Shown one piece after another: positions 29,078 through 39,200 of a DNA stretch of 52,767 nt. The DNA comes from a virus (lineage: Duplodnaviria; Caudoviricetes). Every line of letters begins with the position of its first letter. Positions within the stretch are counted from its first letter, which is position 1. The stretch lies in the IMG/VR virus record IMGVR_UViG_3300042319_001969, positions 1 to 52,767 of that record; one strand, written 5' to 3'. The translations under genes were made by a program, and so were the position numbers. The notes beneath the pieces are model-generated. The model was given only the letters and a program-made list of their open reading frames with translations, had not been told where the DNA came from and did not search any database.

Positions 29078-32000
29078 TATTCTTCTCCTGGTAATGTTCT
29101 ATATTTATAATATACCACATAAATTTTAAATTTAGTAACGCTGTTTCCTGTAATAACGTGTCTAAGAGTTTTACCAAAACCATGGTGTCTAATACGTAAT
29201 TCTTTTAAGGTATTAATAATCTGTGAGTTATTTGTGTCAAATCCAGTATTTAAAACAGCTAAATCATCTAGACTATCATTCCAAAACGGAGAATCAGTTT
29301 CTACAGCTTTGTGAGCTATTTGTTTATGTCCATCTGTGTATACGTCTAATGTAACAGGTATTACTTCTTTAGAACTCTTTAAACCAAATGTAATTCTAGT
29401 TTCAACAAAGTTCTTTTCATACCCCATGTCATCTGACTTTTCACCGCTATCAATTTCAAACGAAATAGGAGTCACGGCGGTGAGTTCCCCGATTAATGGA
29501 TATTCTACATTTAAAACGTCACCGTATCCGATAATATCCACAAAAGCATCTGGGAACTTTTTATTAAAGTAGTATTGTTTACCATTAATATCTGTAATAA
29601 TAATGTTTTGAATATTATCAATAAACACTTGTTTAACTCTAATTGTGTATTCCATTAAAGTAAACACTCTAGTCCCATAATCATATTTTATTAATAATGT
29701 TTTGTCAGAAAGTGTCAAAAATATACCGTAATATGTTTCAGTAGTAAATCCAATAGTATCTAAAGGTTCTAAGTTTAATAATTCTCCTACAGGTTTGGAC
29801 AACTCAGATATGCTCAATATAGAATCTACTGATGAATTTGGATTTGGAGATAATGAAAATATCTTGCTACCATTTTTAAATAGTAACCCATTTAAAATAG
29901 GCATTAAAGTATTTCTATCAACTTCTGAAACCCCTGTAAAGGTATTAACAGCTTTATTTGTAAAACCATTGTTTATTTTAGTAATTAAATAAATAGCATT
30001 ATTAGTTGCTGCAATTAAATAGTCTCTCCAAGGAACCAAGCTGTTAACTTTGTTATCTTGACTAGCATCTAAGTCTAATACATTAGTTAAAGGAAATTCA
30101 AATGAATCTGTTTTAGAAACTAAAATGTTATTTTTAAATCCGGAGTTTCCAAAAGCGTATAGTGCTTTTTTATAATTTAATAATCCTAAAGCTTTACTTG
30201 GTTTTTCAATAACCACATTATCTACAACTACTTCGTTTGATAAAAGACTTGCAGTTTCTAAAAAACTTACAGTTTTTATGTTATTAATTTGATTTCTATT
30301 TATATAAGCTATATGACTACCTTTAAATAATAAAGAATGAACGCTAGTTCCTACCACATATTCGTATTCATTACCACTTCTATGGTAATTTACAGAAGAA
30401 GCAGGATAGCTTGTAAAATAAAATACTTTTTTAGCATCTTCGTAAACAAATTCAGATTTATTTTTAACAGTGTAGCAACTGTCATAAAAACTTTTAACAT
30501 TAGGTCTTTCTACAGTTAATTGAGTTGACACTGCAAAATTACCTACTTCTTTAACTTTAAGTACCGTATCTACAGTAATAAATTCATCTGTTAAAGAAGT
30601 ACTTCCTTCTCTTCCTAATAGACTATAATAATGCCCATAATTAACATCAGTTATTCTAGAGTTTCTAGATTCAATATCTGTACTTACAGATAAAAGATTT
30701 AACCAAGTAACATATGGTTGCTCAATCATAGTTGTAATAGATTTTAATGTTAACCCTGAGTTTTGCATTACGTTATTGTAAACATCAGTGTTATAAACTT
30801 TAGAAATGTTTACTTCTTGTTTAGGAACACTAATAACATTTAAATTATTTTTGTTAAGTAAAGCATAGTTTGGTTTAGTAAATACTGCTAAGTTTGAAAA
30901 TATATTATCAATTGTGCTTAAAGTATGAAGAGAAGAAACATATTGTCCAGAAATAGTATCTGCTATTTTTGTAGCAATAACAGGACTGCTTACTATTTCA
31001 TAGCTTTGATAAATAGAGTTGTTAAAACTAATATTAAAACCATCTACTTCTAAATTAGCATTAAAAGCATTGTGGTCAATTTCATTTATATTTGATAAAG
31101 TAAATCCACTTAAGCTAGAATTAATATAATCTTGTTTTTTAATACTTTTTGAGCTTAGCCCATAAATTTTATATTGGTCTTCTTTAATCACATCTAATGT
31201 AGGATTAATTTCTGTAAAGTCTCCATATAAAGTACTATTACCATTTATACCGGTATTTAATTTAGACGGTTCATTTGTAATTTCAGACCCTGAAGTTTTA
31301 GTTTTAATATTCCAAGGAAACACTGCCCAGGGTAATTTTTTCCAATTAGTAACGTAAAGGTTTTTAATTTTATGAGGAATATTAGGAAATTCTACTGTTA
31401 CAGTTTCAATACTTGAATCTAATAAAGTTGTAGAAGTTCCACTTTTTCTTAAATATTCAAATCTAATGTTTGGGCTTGGAGCTCCTGGGTATCCTGCTTG
31501 ATATTCTATTTCAGCACGAATAAACCAATTATTTCCTTCTAAAGTATATTGTGTAGTTTTATCTTCTTGTAAAACACTAATTTCTTGCAAATTGTTTTTA
31601 GTTTTTCTAATAGCTTCATTTTGTGCTACGCTTAAAAGAGGTAAAGTAGTTAAACCAGTATCTAAAAATACTTTAAATCTTTCTTCTAAATCGCTATTGC
31701 TTATAGGATTATAAGAAGAAAAACTATAAGGTCTAAGGTCATTAGTATTGATACCTAAATCGCTACTTCTATTAGTTGCAGTAGAAGGTGTAGTTTTTAA
31801 ATCTTGAATGTAAGTTTTATTTTCTTTACCTTCAATAATTTCATAACTAGGTAAAGCATATACCACAAATCTACGTGTTTTGTTATCCGATTTTACAAAT
31901 AAAACATCTGGTCTATTTAAAACATTATCTGCATCTGAAAATAATTCAAATGGAGTAACATTAATGCTTTTTAATTCTGATGTTACATCTACTTCATCTT

Positions 32001-32964
32001 TTCTAACTTTTAAATTAATTAAATAGTTAGCAAATTTAGTTTTAAATTCAGGACAGGTGTTATAATTAACGCCGTCAATAGTTTCTTCCCAAGAACAATA
32101 TATTTTAGTTTTAGGGTACTTTTTAATGTTAACAAATGCTTTTAAATATATTCCAGTACCTTCTGGAACTGATGCGGCAATAGTATATCTTGGGTTTGCT
32201 TTACTTCTAAGCAAAGTTTCTATATTTAAATTGTTTAATTGAGTAGCAATTACTTTTTTGGTAACGTGGTCGTATAATACATATTGCAAAATACCTAACA
32301 CGTCAAATGTTTGAGAGCTGTAATTATCTCTAACGTCTTGAAACACATCATTATAAAAATTAGGATTAAAAATAATACCTTCGCCTTCAGATGTTTTATT
32401 TAAGTTAATTTCTGTAGGTATGAGAGCTTCTAATACATGTTGATTATCTACAATTGTATGTTTAACAAATCTACTTCCAATATATCCATCTGGAAGTTTT
32501 ACTTCAATGTTATTAATAATAGTAGATGTGGAAAAATTAGAATATGTAACAGTATCATTAATTTTGTAATTATATGCGCTAGATAAATTAGCATTATAAA
32601 CTAAAATGTTTTCTTTACCATAAACATCTTTGTATTTAATGGGTACTAAAGTTCCAGTGCTATTATAAATACCATTACTAGTAATGTATAAATCATTTAA
32701 ACGATTTCCGTCAAAAGAATACACTACTTTATAGAATGTTCCAGTAACTCCTGCAGGTTTGTTTTTATAAAGTAAAATTGGGTCTCTTAAGATTAAAGAA
32801 CGGTCATCATCTACATCAAAGTTTTTAACAGTAAAAACACCTGACTTATCAGTAGGGCTATCAATACGTCTAATTCCTCTGACAGCAGAATAGCTAGAGG
32901 TTCTAGCAGAATCTATACTTCCAGAGTTGCCATTACGTCTTCTTTTTAAAGCCATAATTACCAA
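29077..32964 (-). CDS. Tail nozzle / tubular protein B-like (1295 aa); true start probably MALKRRR
   Basis: Beta-rich with propeller-like C-terminal repeats; follows the adaptor gene in podovirus order. Confidence 0.6.
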   Translation of the reverse strand: MVIMALKRRRNGNSGSIDSARTSSYSAVRGIRRIDSPTDKSGVFTVKNFDVDDDRSLILRDPILLYKNKPAGVTGTFYKVVYSFDGNRLNDLYITSNGIYNSTGTLVPIKYKDVYGKENILVYNANLSSAYNYKINDTVTYSNFSTSTIINNIEVKLPDGYIGSRFVKHTIVDNQHVLEALIPTEINLNKTSEGEGIIFNPNFYNDVFQDVRDNYSSQTFDVLGILQYVLYDHVTKKVIATQLNNLNIETLLRSKANPRYTIAASVPEGTGIYLKAFVNIKKYPKTKIYCSWEETIDGVNYNTCPEFKTKFANYLINLKVRKDEVDVTSELKSINVTPFELFSDADNVLNRPDVLFVKSDNKTRRFVVYALPSYEIIEGKENKTYIQDLKTTPSTATNRSSDLGINTNDLRPYSFSSYNPISNSDLEERFKVFLDTGLTTLPLLSVAQNEAIRKTKNNLQEISVLQEDKTTQYTLEGNNWFIRAEIEYQAGYPGAPSPNIRFEYLRKSGTSTTLLDSSIETVTVEFPNIPHKIKNLYVTNWKKLPWAVFPWNIKTKTSGSEITNEPSKLNTGINGNSTLYGDFTEINPTLDVIKEDQYKIYGLSSKSIKKQDYINSSLSGFTLSNINEIDHNAFNANLEVDGFNISFNNSIYQSYEIVSSPVIATKIADTISGQYVSSLHTLSTIDNIFSNLAVFTKPNYALLNKNNLNVISVPKQEVNISKVYNTDVYNNVMQNSGLTLKSITTMIEQPYVTWLNLLSVSTDIESRNSRITDVNYGHYYSLLGREGSTSLTDEFITVDTVLKVKEVGNFAVSTQLTVERPNVKSFYDSCYTVKNKSEFVYEDAKKVFYFTSYPASSVNYHRSGNEYEYVVGTSVHSLLFKGSHIAYINRNQINNIKTVSFLETASLLSNEVVVDNVVIEKPSKALGLLNYKKALYAFGNSGFKNNILVSKTDSFEFPLTNVLDLDASQDNKVNSLVPWRDYLIAATNNAIYLITKINNGFTNKAVNTFTGVSEVDRNTLMPILNGLLFKNGSKIFSLSPNPNSSVDSILSISELSKPVGELLNLEPLDTIGFTTETYYGIFLTLSDKTLLIKYDYGTRVFTLMEYTIRVKQVFIDNIQNIIITDINGKQYYFNKKFPDAFVDIIGYGDVLNVEYPLIGELTAVTPISFEIDSGEKSDDMGYEKNFVETRITFGLKSSKEVIPVTLDVYTDGHKQIAHKAVETDSPFWNDSLDDLAVLNTGFDTNNSQIINTLKELRIRHHGFGKTLRHVITGNSVTKFKIYVVYYKYRTLPGEE

Positions 32965-33740
32965 CCTTTAGTATAAAAGTATGTTGCTTCTAAACCATCA
33001 GGAATTCTCATGAATCCTTTAATGGCTCTAGTAGGTACTATAATTTGCGCAAATCTTGGGTCGTTAATACTTGCTTCTACATCTTCTGCGTACACTTCAT
33101 CTCCAGCTACTTCGTTAAGTCTGGCAAATGAAGGAACATCGTAGTTAGATTTTAATTGATTAAATCCTTGAATAAATTCATCTTGAAATGCAGTTGCGTT
33201 ACCACCATCTCTAGTACTTAGTGCTGCACAGACGTATGGCACTAAAAATAAAGTAACCCAATCAATAGGTAAATATAAACCAAGGTTAAATTCTAATGGG
33301 TTGTGATTACGGTCTGGGAACCAAAACGGTAATCCATTTACTTTCCATGCTTGAAAGTATTTAGACTTTTGAGTTGTGTAATCAATGTAAACTCCATATA
33401 GGTCATCAAAAGCAGTATAAACAGGAGCACCTGCTACTTTTAACATATACTTGTTTGTAGAAATGTCAAAATAATATACATTAGTATCACCTGCTGATGT
33501 AGTAGGTAATGCTACTGGGGAAGTGGGTTCTGAAGTTAATAAAACAACGTTTGGGATATTTAATTGCGAATTAGCATAATCTGTTACTAGTTTAGTAATA
33601 GGTTTAATACCAATGTGCATTAACGTGTTAATTTCTGACACTGATTGGTCAAAGTACACGTCCATATCTTCAAACGCAAATCCTGGAAAATTTAATCTTT
33701 TATTAATTTTAGAAACTACTTCGTCAACAGTAATTCTCAT
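32958..33740 (-). CDS. Head-tail adaptor / tubular protein A-like
   Basis: Helical N- and C-termini (EINT.M..., LVPYVCAAL..RDG); position after capsid. Confidence 0.55.
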   Translation of the reverse strand: MRITVDEVVSKINKRLNFPGFAFEDMDVYFDQSVSEINTLMHIGIKPITKLVTDYANSQLNIPNVVLLTSEPTSPVALPTTSAGDTNVYYFDISTNKYMLKVAGAPVYTAFDDLYGVYIDYTTQKSKYFQAWKVNGLPFWFPDRNHNPLEFNLGLYLPIDWVTLFLVPYVCAALSTRDGGNATAFQDEFIQGFNQLKSNYDVPSFARLNEVAGDEVYAEDVEASINDPRFAQIIVPTRAIKGFMRIPDGLEATYFYTKGW

Positions 33741-33760
33741 TTATACCTCTTTTATATATT

Positions 33761-33801
33761 GGAAAGGCCCTAGTGAAAGGAGGGAAAGCTAGGGCCCTTC
33801 C
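33761..33801 (-). terminator. Strong intergenic hairpin after the capsid operon (terminator or stabiliser)
   Basis: GGAAAGGCCCTAG/CTAGGGCCCTTCC stem; weak U-tract. Confidence 0.55.
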
Positions 33802-33808
33802 TATTTAG

Positions 33809-34408
33809 TTAGCCCAACGTAGTCTTAATATCAGGACTAGTGTCAGCACCAATTAAATCTAATTTAGCAATTCGTTCACGAGCGTGCTCATAATGGGTAC
33901 GATTAATGTAGTACGTAGTACCATCACAAGGAATTGCAACACGGACACCATTAACGGTGACTGATAAAAACGGACCGACAGATGTGGATAAGCTTCGTGG
34001 AATAGAGATTGGCATTTTTGGTTCGCTCTTAAACGCCATAAGCGTTTCTTGAGCTTCCATTAAACCGCGACCATCGACTTTGCTTGCATCTAAACGGTTA
34101 GTAAGACTAGAGGTAGAATTGACACGATTGTTCGTATCAATAGACGGCTGTTCGGGCTTCATGGACGAGATAGCTTTTGTAAAAGCTTCTGCCATTTGGT
34201 TAATAGACGCTTGTGCCGACGTATTGGTGATTTGCTGTTTTAAAGCAGCATTTTCCTTCATGACAGCATCCAGTGCTTGTGAAATAGAATTGTCGGTAGC
34301 CAGTTTCCCAGCTACCTTAATTCTTTCTGCACCGGAGGTTGCAATCGGGCCACCGCTACTCTCAGCATTAGCGATAGCTTCTTTGTTTGTGAGAGATTTT
34401 TCAGACAT
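33809..34408 (-). CDS. Hypothetical protein downstream of the capsid gene
   Basis: 199 aa, SD GGAGG, C-terminal VTVNGVRVAIP. Confidence 0.75.
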   Translation of the reverse strand: MSEKSLTNKEAIANAESSGGPIATSGAERIKVAGKLATDNSISQALDAVMKENAALKQQITNTSAQASINQMAEAFTKAISSMKPEQPSIDTNNRVNSTSSLTNRLDASKVDGRGLMEAQETLMAFKSEPKMPISIPRSLSTSVGPFLSVTVNGVRVAIPCDGTTYYINRTHYEHARERIAKLDLIGADTSPDIKTTLG

Positions 34409-34429
34409 GATTGTTTCCTCCGTTAATCA

Positions 34430-36181
34430 TTAGTCTTCGATTTTGTCAACTAATACAGTGCGAGTTTCTGTACCTGAACCATCACCTTTAACAACTGTTT
34501 GACCAGTGATTACGACAGGGAGTTCGACGACTTCAGCAGACGCGGTGCCCGCCAAACCTTTAATATAGAATTTAGCGTCACTGTGAAGAACCACTTGGTC
34601 TTCTAAGAAACGCACAAGTTTGTTTGATAATAAAGCATATGCTTTGGTTGGCAAGTCACCAACGATGACTTGGTTTTTACCATTAGCATCAATACGTCCT
34701 GGAACAACAGCTTTGACAAGTTTTGTCAACTTTTGAGCCGTAACTTCGGTAGTCGTACCTTTAACAAGATATTTAATCACGTTAGCAGAACCATTCCAGA
34801 ATAAAGATTGAACGACTTGTTCTGGCCAATAAAAATTACCAGCTGCGCTTACATAACCATAATCGTATTCAGTGAACTCGTTCTTTAAGTCAGGACGGTT
34901 GTGAATCGTAATACGGTATTGTGTAGGAACGGATAAGTAGGCTTGAACAGCGTCTGGGTTAGCAACTTTGAAACCAATAGAGTCAAGTTTCCAACCAATA
35001 GATTGACGTTGGTTTAATGGGTCAGCAACACCAGCAGAGCCTAATGGCTTACTGATAAATTGAGGAGCACCATGACCTTCAACGGAAATTTCGAATAAAG
35101 CTTCTTCGCCTAACACGTAAGAGTAGTGGACATTGAGGACATCAATTGAACCAGTAATCATAGCAAGGAAAGCAGTCTTAGTTAATGTAGCTTCTGCTGG
35201 GAAAGGCTTTTTTAGGACTTGAACAATAATATTGTCAGACCCTGCAACATCATCCCACTTTTTAGCAGCAATAACGTTAGCGGATTCAGCAGTGTAAGCA
35301 ACGCTACCCACTGTACCAGTGAACGTGGTCACGTGATAAAGGAACTTGGTGACGCCATCGCCATTCACGAAAGTGTTATCGGTTTTAATCGTTTTAGCTT
35401 TACGGAATGCGAGGTTGAATAAGTCAACAACAGTGTCATCCATATATGGTTGACCAGTTTGTTGGTATTTCATAAATTCTTGAACGCGCTTGTCAGTAAT
35501 TAAATCAAAGTAGACAGCTGACGAGACTAACGCTAAGAAGTTTTTGCCCATCATAGGACGGACTTTGGCAGCTTCCATCGTCAAGACGATTTTACGGAAT
35601 TCGTCAATAGTTGGCGAGGAGTTTGGGCTAAGATATTTAATGTGAGTAACATCTCCACCAGCTTTTGGCTTGAGGAATCCATCAATAGTGCTCACTTCTT
35701 TTTCAGCGGCATAGAATAATTGGCATTCTGCTAATAGAGCTTGTTGCGCAATTAAGTCTTTTGTTTCAGGGACTTTTAACGAAAGTTGACGTGTGTATTC
35801 AGAAATAAGGGGGTCAACAACTGCCCAATCCACTTTATCAGTGAATTCCATATAGCGACCATATTGTTTGGTTGCTGCTTTAATAGCGACCATGCGTCCT
35901 TGGTCTGACGCTGGTGGAATACCTTCCACTAAAGGTTGTGTGTGAGCAGCAAGCGAAAGCATGCGCTTAAACACAATTTCATTAGAACCATTGTTAGATG
36001 GCATGCTGCGTTTAACAGCTAGTTTAGCGAATTCGAAATCAGATTCAGCAAGTTCGATTGTACGTAGCATAATTTTGCTGTACACCGCTGCTGGCTGCAT
36101 AACGTTTTGCCCTTGAAGTGGGGACGTTGGAGCAGGATTTCGATAAACGCCAGTGTTATTAATCAACTGAATGTCGTTCAT
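34430..36181 (-). CDS. Major capsid protein, N4-gp56 family, with C-terminal extension
   Basis: PLVEGIPP, KQYGRYMEFTD, DPLNQRQSIGWK; SD AGGAGG. Confidence 0.9.
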   Translation of the reverse strand: MNDIQLINNTGVYRNPAPTSPLQGQNVMQPAAVYSKIMLRTIELAESDFEFAKLAVKRSMPSNNGSNEIVFKRMLSLAAHTQPLVEGIPPASDQGRMVAIKAATKQYGRYMEFTDKVDWAVVDPLISEYTRQLSLKVPETKDLIAQQALLAECQLFYAAEKEVSTIDGFLKPKAGGDVTHIKYLSPNSSPTIDEFRKIVLTMEAAKVRPMMGKNFLALVSSAVYFDLITDKRVQEFMKYQQTGQPYMDDTVVDLFNLAFRKAKTIKTDNTFVNGDGVTKFLYHVTTFTGTVGSVAYTAESANVIAAKKWDDVAGSDNIIVQVLKKPFPAEATLTKTAFLAMITGSIDVLNVHYSYVLGEEALFEISVEGHGAPQFISKPLGSAGVADPLNQRQSIGWKLDSIGFKVANPDAVQAYLSVPTQYRITIHNRPDLKNEFTEYDYGYVSAAGNFYWPEQVVQSLFWNGSANVIKYLVKGTTTEVTAQKLTKLVKAVVPGRIDANGKNQVIVGDLPTKAYALLSNKLVRFLEDQVVLHSDAKFYIKGLAGTASAEVVELPVVITGQTVVKGDGSGTETRTVLVDKIED

Positions 36182-36203
36182 TGTTTTCTATAGCCTCCTA
36201 AAG

Positions 36204-36986
36204 CTATTTTTTGTAGTAGTTCGGCATAGTGTTCTTTAGGAACTGCTCAGCGTATTGCTGTGCATATTTGTCAGTATCTTGACTTGTTGTTCCTACATTA
36301 GAACCGCCGTAGATTTGAGACGTCGCTTGTGGTTGAGCTCTTTGAATGCGCAATGCATATTGCTCTGGGTATAATCCTCTAAATACGGCTTCAATATCAT
36401 TCACGTATAGAATATTAATCCCGTTTTCCAAAGCTTTAGTCCCGAAAGTATACAGGTCTCGTTCGGACAAGTTTAACTTGCCTCCGAAAGCTGTCATTTT
36501 TGATTCAAATTGTTCAGAGATTTTACTTTCTTCAATTTGATTGAAGCGTTGCTGTAATTCATTAACCTTAGACATTAGTTGTTGAGCATAGTCTGGTGAA
36601 CCGTTTTGACGGTTACTGTTTAAAGCTGACACAACTTTATCTAAAGGAATTCCACGTCGCATTGCTTCGACAACTAATTGCGTTTGACGTTCGCTATATT
36701 GCGAAGTCGGAGCAAATTGTTGTTGGGGTACCGGTTGTTGTGAACCAGCCGTTTGTCTTGTAGCATATTGCTGCAAGATAGCTTGTACCTGAGCTTCAGT
36801 GTATGTTGGTCCTTGTGTAGGCTGAGCAGCAGCTTGTTGGACCGGAGCTGGTGCTGGTTGTTCCTGCGTAGGTTGAGATGTGGGTTGTGGCACAATGCCA
36901 ATTGACTGCATTTCTTTTTGCTGCAGTAAATTTTGCAATCCACTTTCATCGTCTAACGCTGGAAGCTGAGTGATTTCGTCGTTCAT
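36204..36986 (-). CDS. Capsid scaffolding protein
   Basis: Gln/Pro-rich, helical; between portal and capsid. Confidence 0.7.
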   Translation of the reverse strand: MNDEITQLPALDDESGLQNLLQQKEMQSIGIVPQPTSQPTQEQPAPAPVQQAAAQPTQGPTYTEAQVQAILQQYATRQTAGSQQPVPQQQFAPTSQYSERQTQLVVEAMRRGIPLDKVVSALNSNRQNGSPDYAQQLMSKVNELQQRFNQIEESKISEQFESKMTAFGGKLNLSERDLYTFGTKALENGINILYVNDIEAVFRGLYPEQYALRIQRAQPQATSQIYGGSNVGTTSQDTDKYAQQYAEQFLKNTMPNYYKK

Positions 36987-37006
36987 TAATGAACCTCCTA
37001 TAAATC

Positions 37007-37035
37007 ATTATACAATACTTGACATTTTTTGTCAA
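37007..37035 (-). promoter_or_regulatory. Consensus promoter of the scaffold/capsid operon with a palindrome over the -35
   Basis: TTGACA-N17-TATAAT; TTGACA-N5-TGTCAA inverted repeat at 37019-37035. Confidence 0.85.
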
Positions 37036-37049
37036 CTATTATTTTGATT

Positions 37050-38918
37050 TCATTGTTGTGGCATCTTTTTTGCCGGTAATTGCCCAAGTGTAGACGCTTG
37101 GATTTGAGCAACTACTTCTTGCACCGCTTGTTCTACAGGCATGCCACCTTGAGTCAATGTGCCTACGGCGGTGAGAACTGCTGTATACTCTTCAAGTTTT
37201 AAGTTTTGATATTGAAGAGCCATACGGTCGATAATAGCTTGACGTTGTGATTGAGGTATATTTAACCATTGAATTACTTCTTCTGGTGTAATAATACTTG
37301 GGTATCCTTTTTCTGCAGGAGAGTATTTCATTTCTAATTCCATTAATTTCATTGCAGCTTCTTCGTAACTAGCTGTAGTACGAGGAGCAGCATTTTCTAC
37401 AACGATTTCAATATCTTCTCTGCCAATTAATTCCATAGGGTCAAATCGCATTTTTACACCCATATCATCATGGCTGTTATTTTGTTTAGCAAAGAAATTT
37501 TCTGGAGTTTTTAAATTTGCTAAATAGAATTGTAACATTAATTCTATTTCTTTGCGAATAAATACATCTATGTTTTTAATACGAACGCTGTCTCGCATTG
37601 TAGAACGATTAACAGCTTGTTGAACACCACCAGTAGTTTGAATTGAACCAAAGCTACTTCCTAAATATATTTGGTCGACTCCTGAAACTTCTTGGATACT
37701 ACGAATTAGATATTCTCTAAATTGTAGCAAATCTCTAGAAACTTCTGGACGAGCTTCAGTATATACAACTTGAGTTGGGTTACCATTAACAGTAAACGCT
37801 CTATCTGGATTTTCTTTTTTACGTTGATATTCTGCTACGTTTAATCCTGACGCTGCGTTAATAAACTGTGCAGGGTTTTGATTTTTAATAATTGAAGTTG
37901 CTTGAATAGAATCAATTTCGTTTAAGCTCATTACTAAACTTAACACTTTATAGCATTTAGAAATGCCCCAAAAATTATTTGGGATTTCTTCATCATAAAG
38001 TGGAACAAATGGAATAGTTGAAGGTTGAATGTCTTTAGAAATATCTAAGATGTGACGCCCTGCCATATAAATAATATCCACGCAAGGATATAATCGCATT
38101 TCACCAGTAGTTGGGTCTGGCTTCATTCTCATTAATCTTTTATAAGCAGTAATAAATGTGACAACATTATTACTTCCATTTTTAGCTTCGTCTAAAATAT
38201 AATTGCTGTCAGGTTGTCCAATATTTTGTGAAGAGTATTCAATATTAGCAATTGAATTACTAAATCGAGCAATTTGTTTTAAGAATTGTTTTGTTTTACG
38301 TTCTGCAATATATAAAAATTGAGCTTCATCAATACTTGCAGCGCCTGGGTCTGGAAATAAATTAGATGGGTGAAGTGCTTTAGCTTGAATCTGTGATTTT
38401 TTACTTTGATTAAAATAACCAGTGTAATCAGTAGCATCAATTATATTTTGGTTCCATCCAAATAAAACACCTGCTGTTCCGTGCAAGAACGCATAGTCTC
38501 CAGCTTGTGCATTAATAGAGTCCATACTAGCAGCTTGCCATTTCATTTGCATATAACGGTTAGCTGTGTCTGCAATTTTTTTGCCTTCTAAAGTCATTGG
38601 TTTAAACATGCCAGCATAAGCAGTAGGCATAATGCTTGCTTTAGTTGCTTCTTTAATAACAGTGATTGGATTGTTTGTTGGAGTTTGATAATACGCTGGA
38701 ATTTTTTTATTGTAAATTTTCCAAATGTCAGAATGGTCTGCCGCATCTAAAATTTTAAATACACGAGCTTGTTCAACTTTGTAAGCAATCGCATCTTCGA
38801 ATTCACGAATTAAATCTTCAACCGTGTATTCCGTAATACCATAAGCCTTTAGAATTTCTTCTGAAGTTGTAGTTTGTTGGGAATCAGCAATTTGCTTCTC
38901 GTATTTACTTGTGTCCAT
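37050..38918 (-). CDS. Portal protein (P22/podovirus-like)
   Basis: LFPDPGA, IPFVP, FWGIS, IQEVSGV..IYLG, TTGGV; between TerL and scaffold. Confidence 0.85.
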   Translation of the reverse strand: MDTSKYEKQIADSQQTTTSEEILKAYGITEYTVEDLIREFEDAIAYKVEQARVFKILDAADHSDIWKIYNKKIPAYYQTPTNNPITVIKEATKASIMPTAYAGMFKPMTLEGKKIADTANRYMQMKWQAASMDSINAQAGDYAFLHGTAGVLFGWNQNIIDATDYTGYFNQSKKSQIQAKALHPSNLFPDPGAASIDEAQFLYIAERKTKQFLKQIARFSNSIANIEYSSQNIGQPDSNYILDEAKNGSNNVVTFITAYKRLMRMKPDPTTGEMRLYPCVDIIYMAGRHILDISKDIQPSTIPFVPLYDEEIPNNFWGISKCYKVLSLVMSLNEIDSIQATSIIKNQNPAQFINAASGLNVAEYQRKKENPDRAFTVNGNPTQVVYTEARPEVSRDLLQFREYLIRSIQEVSGVDQIYLGSSFGSIQTTGGVQQAVNRSTMRDSVRIKNIDVFIRKEIELMLQFYLANLKTPENFFAKQNNSHDDMGVKMRFDPMELIGREDIEIVVENAAPRTTASYEEAAMKLMELEMKYSPAEKGYPSIITPEEVIQWLNIPQSQRQAIIDRMALQYQNLKLEEYTAVLTAVGTLTQGGMPVEQAVQEVVAQIQASTLGQLPAKKMPQQ

Positions 38919-38920
38919 AT

Positions 38921-39190
38921 TTATCCTCTGAAATCATTTCCTAGTATATCAGAAAAAATTTCATCTTTGGTAGCAAACGGTTCTTCTCTAACATCTTGCT
39001 TGATATTTTCCATTTTGTCAAGCTCTTCTAATATTTTATCAGATTGACGTAGACTTTGACGTTGTCTTAGTTGAATCTGTTTTTCTTCTTCTTCACTTAC
39101 TGGAATCAAATGCAAAGCTTTTAAAACAACAAGCAATTGCTCGTTTTGTTCTTTTAAAATTTTTAGTATTTCGTTTAATTTTTCTTCCAT
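38921..39190 (-). CDS. Hypothetical protein
   Basis: 89-aa ORF filling the TerL-portal gap. Confidence 0.7.
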   Translation of the reverse strand: MEEKLNEILKILKEQNEQLLVVLKALHLIPVSEEEEKQIQLRQRQSLRQSDKILEELDKMENIKQDVREEPFATKDEIFSDILGNDFRG

Positions 39191-39200
39191 AAGTTATATT

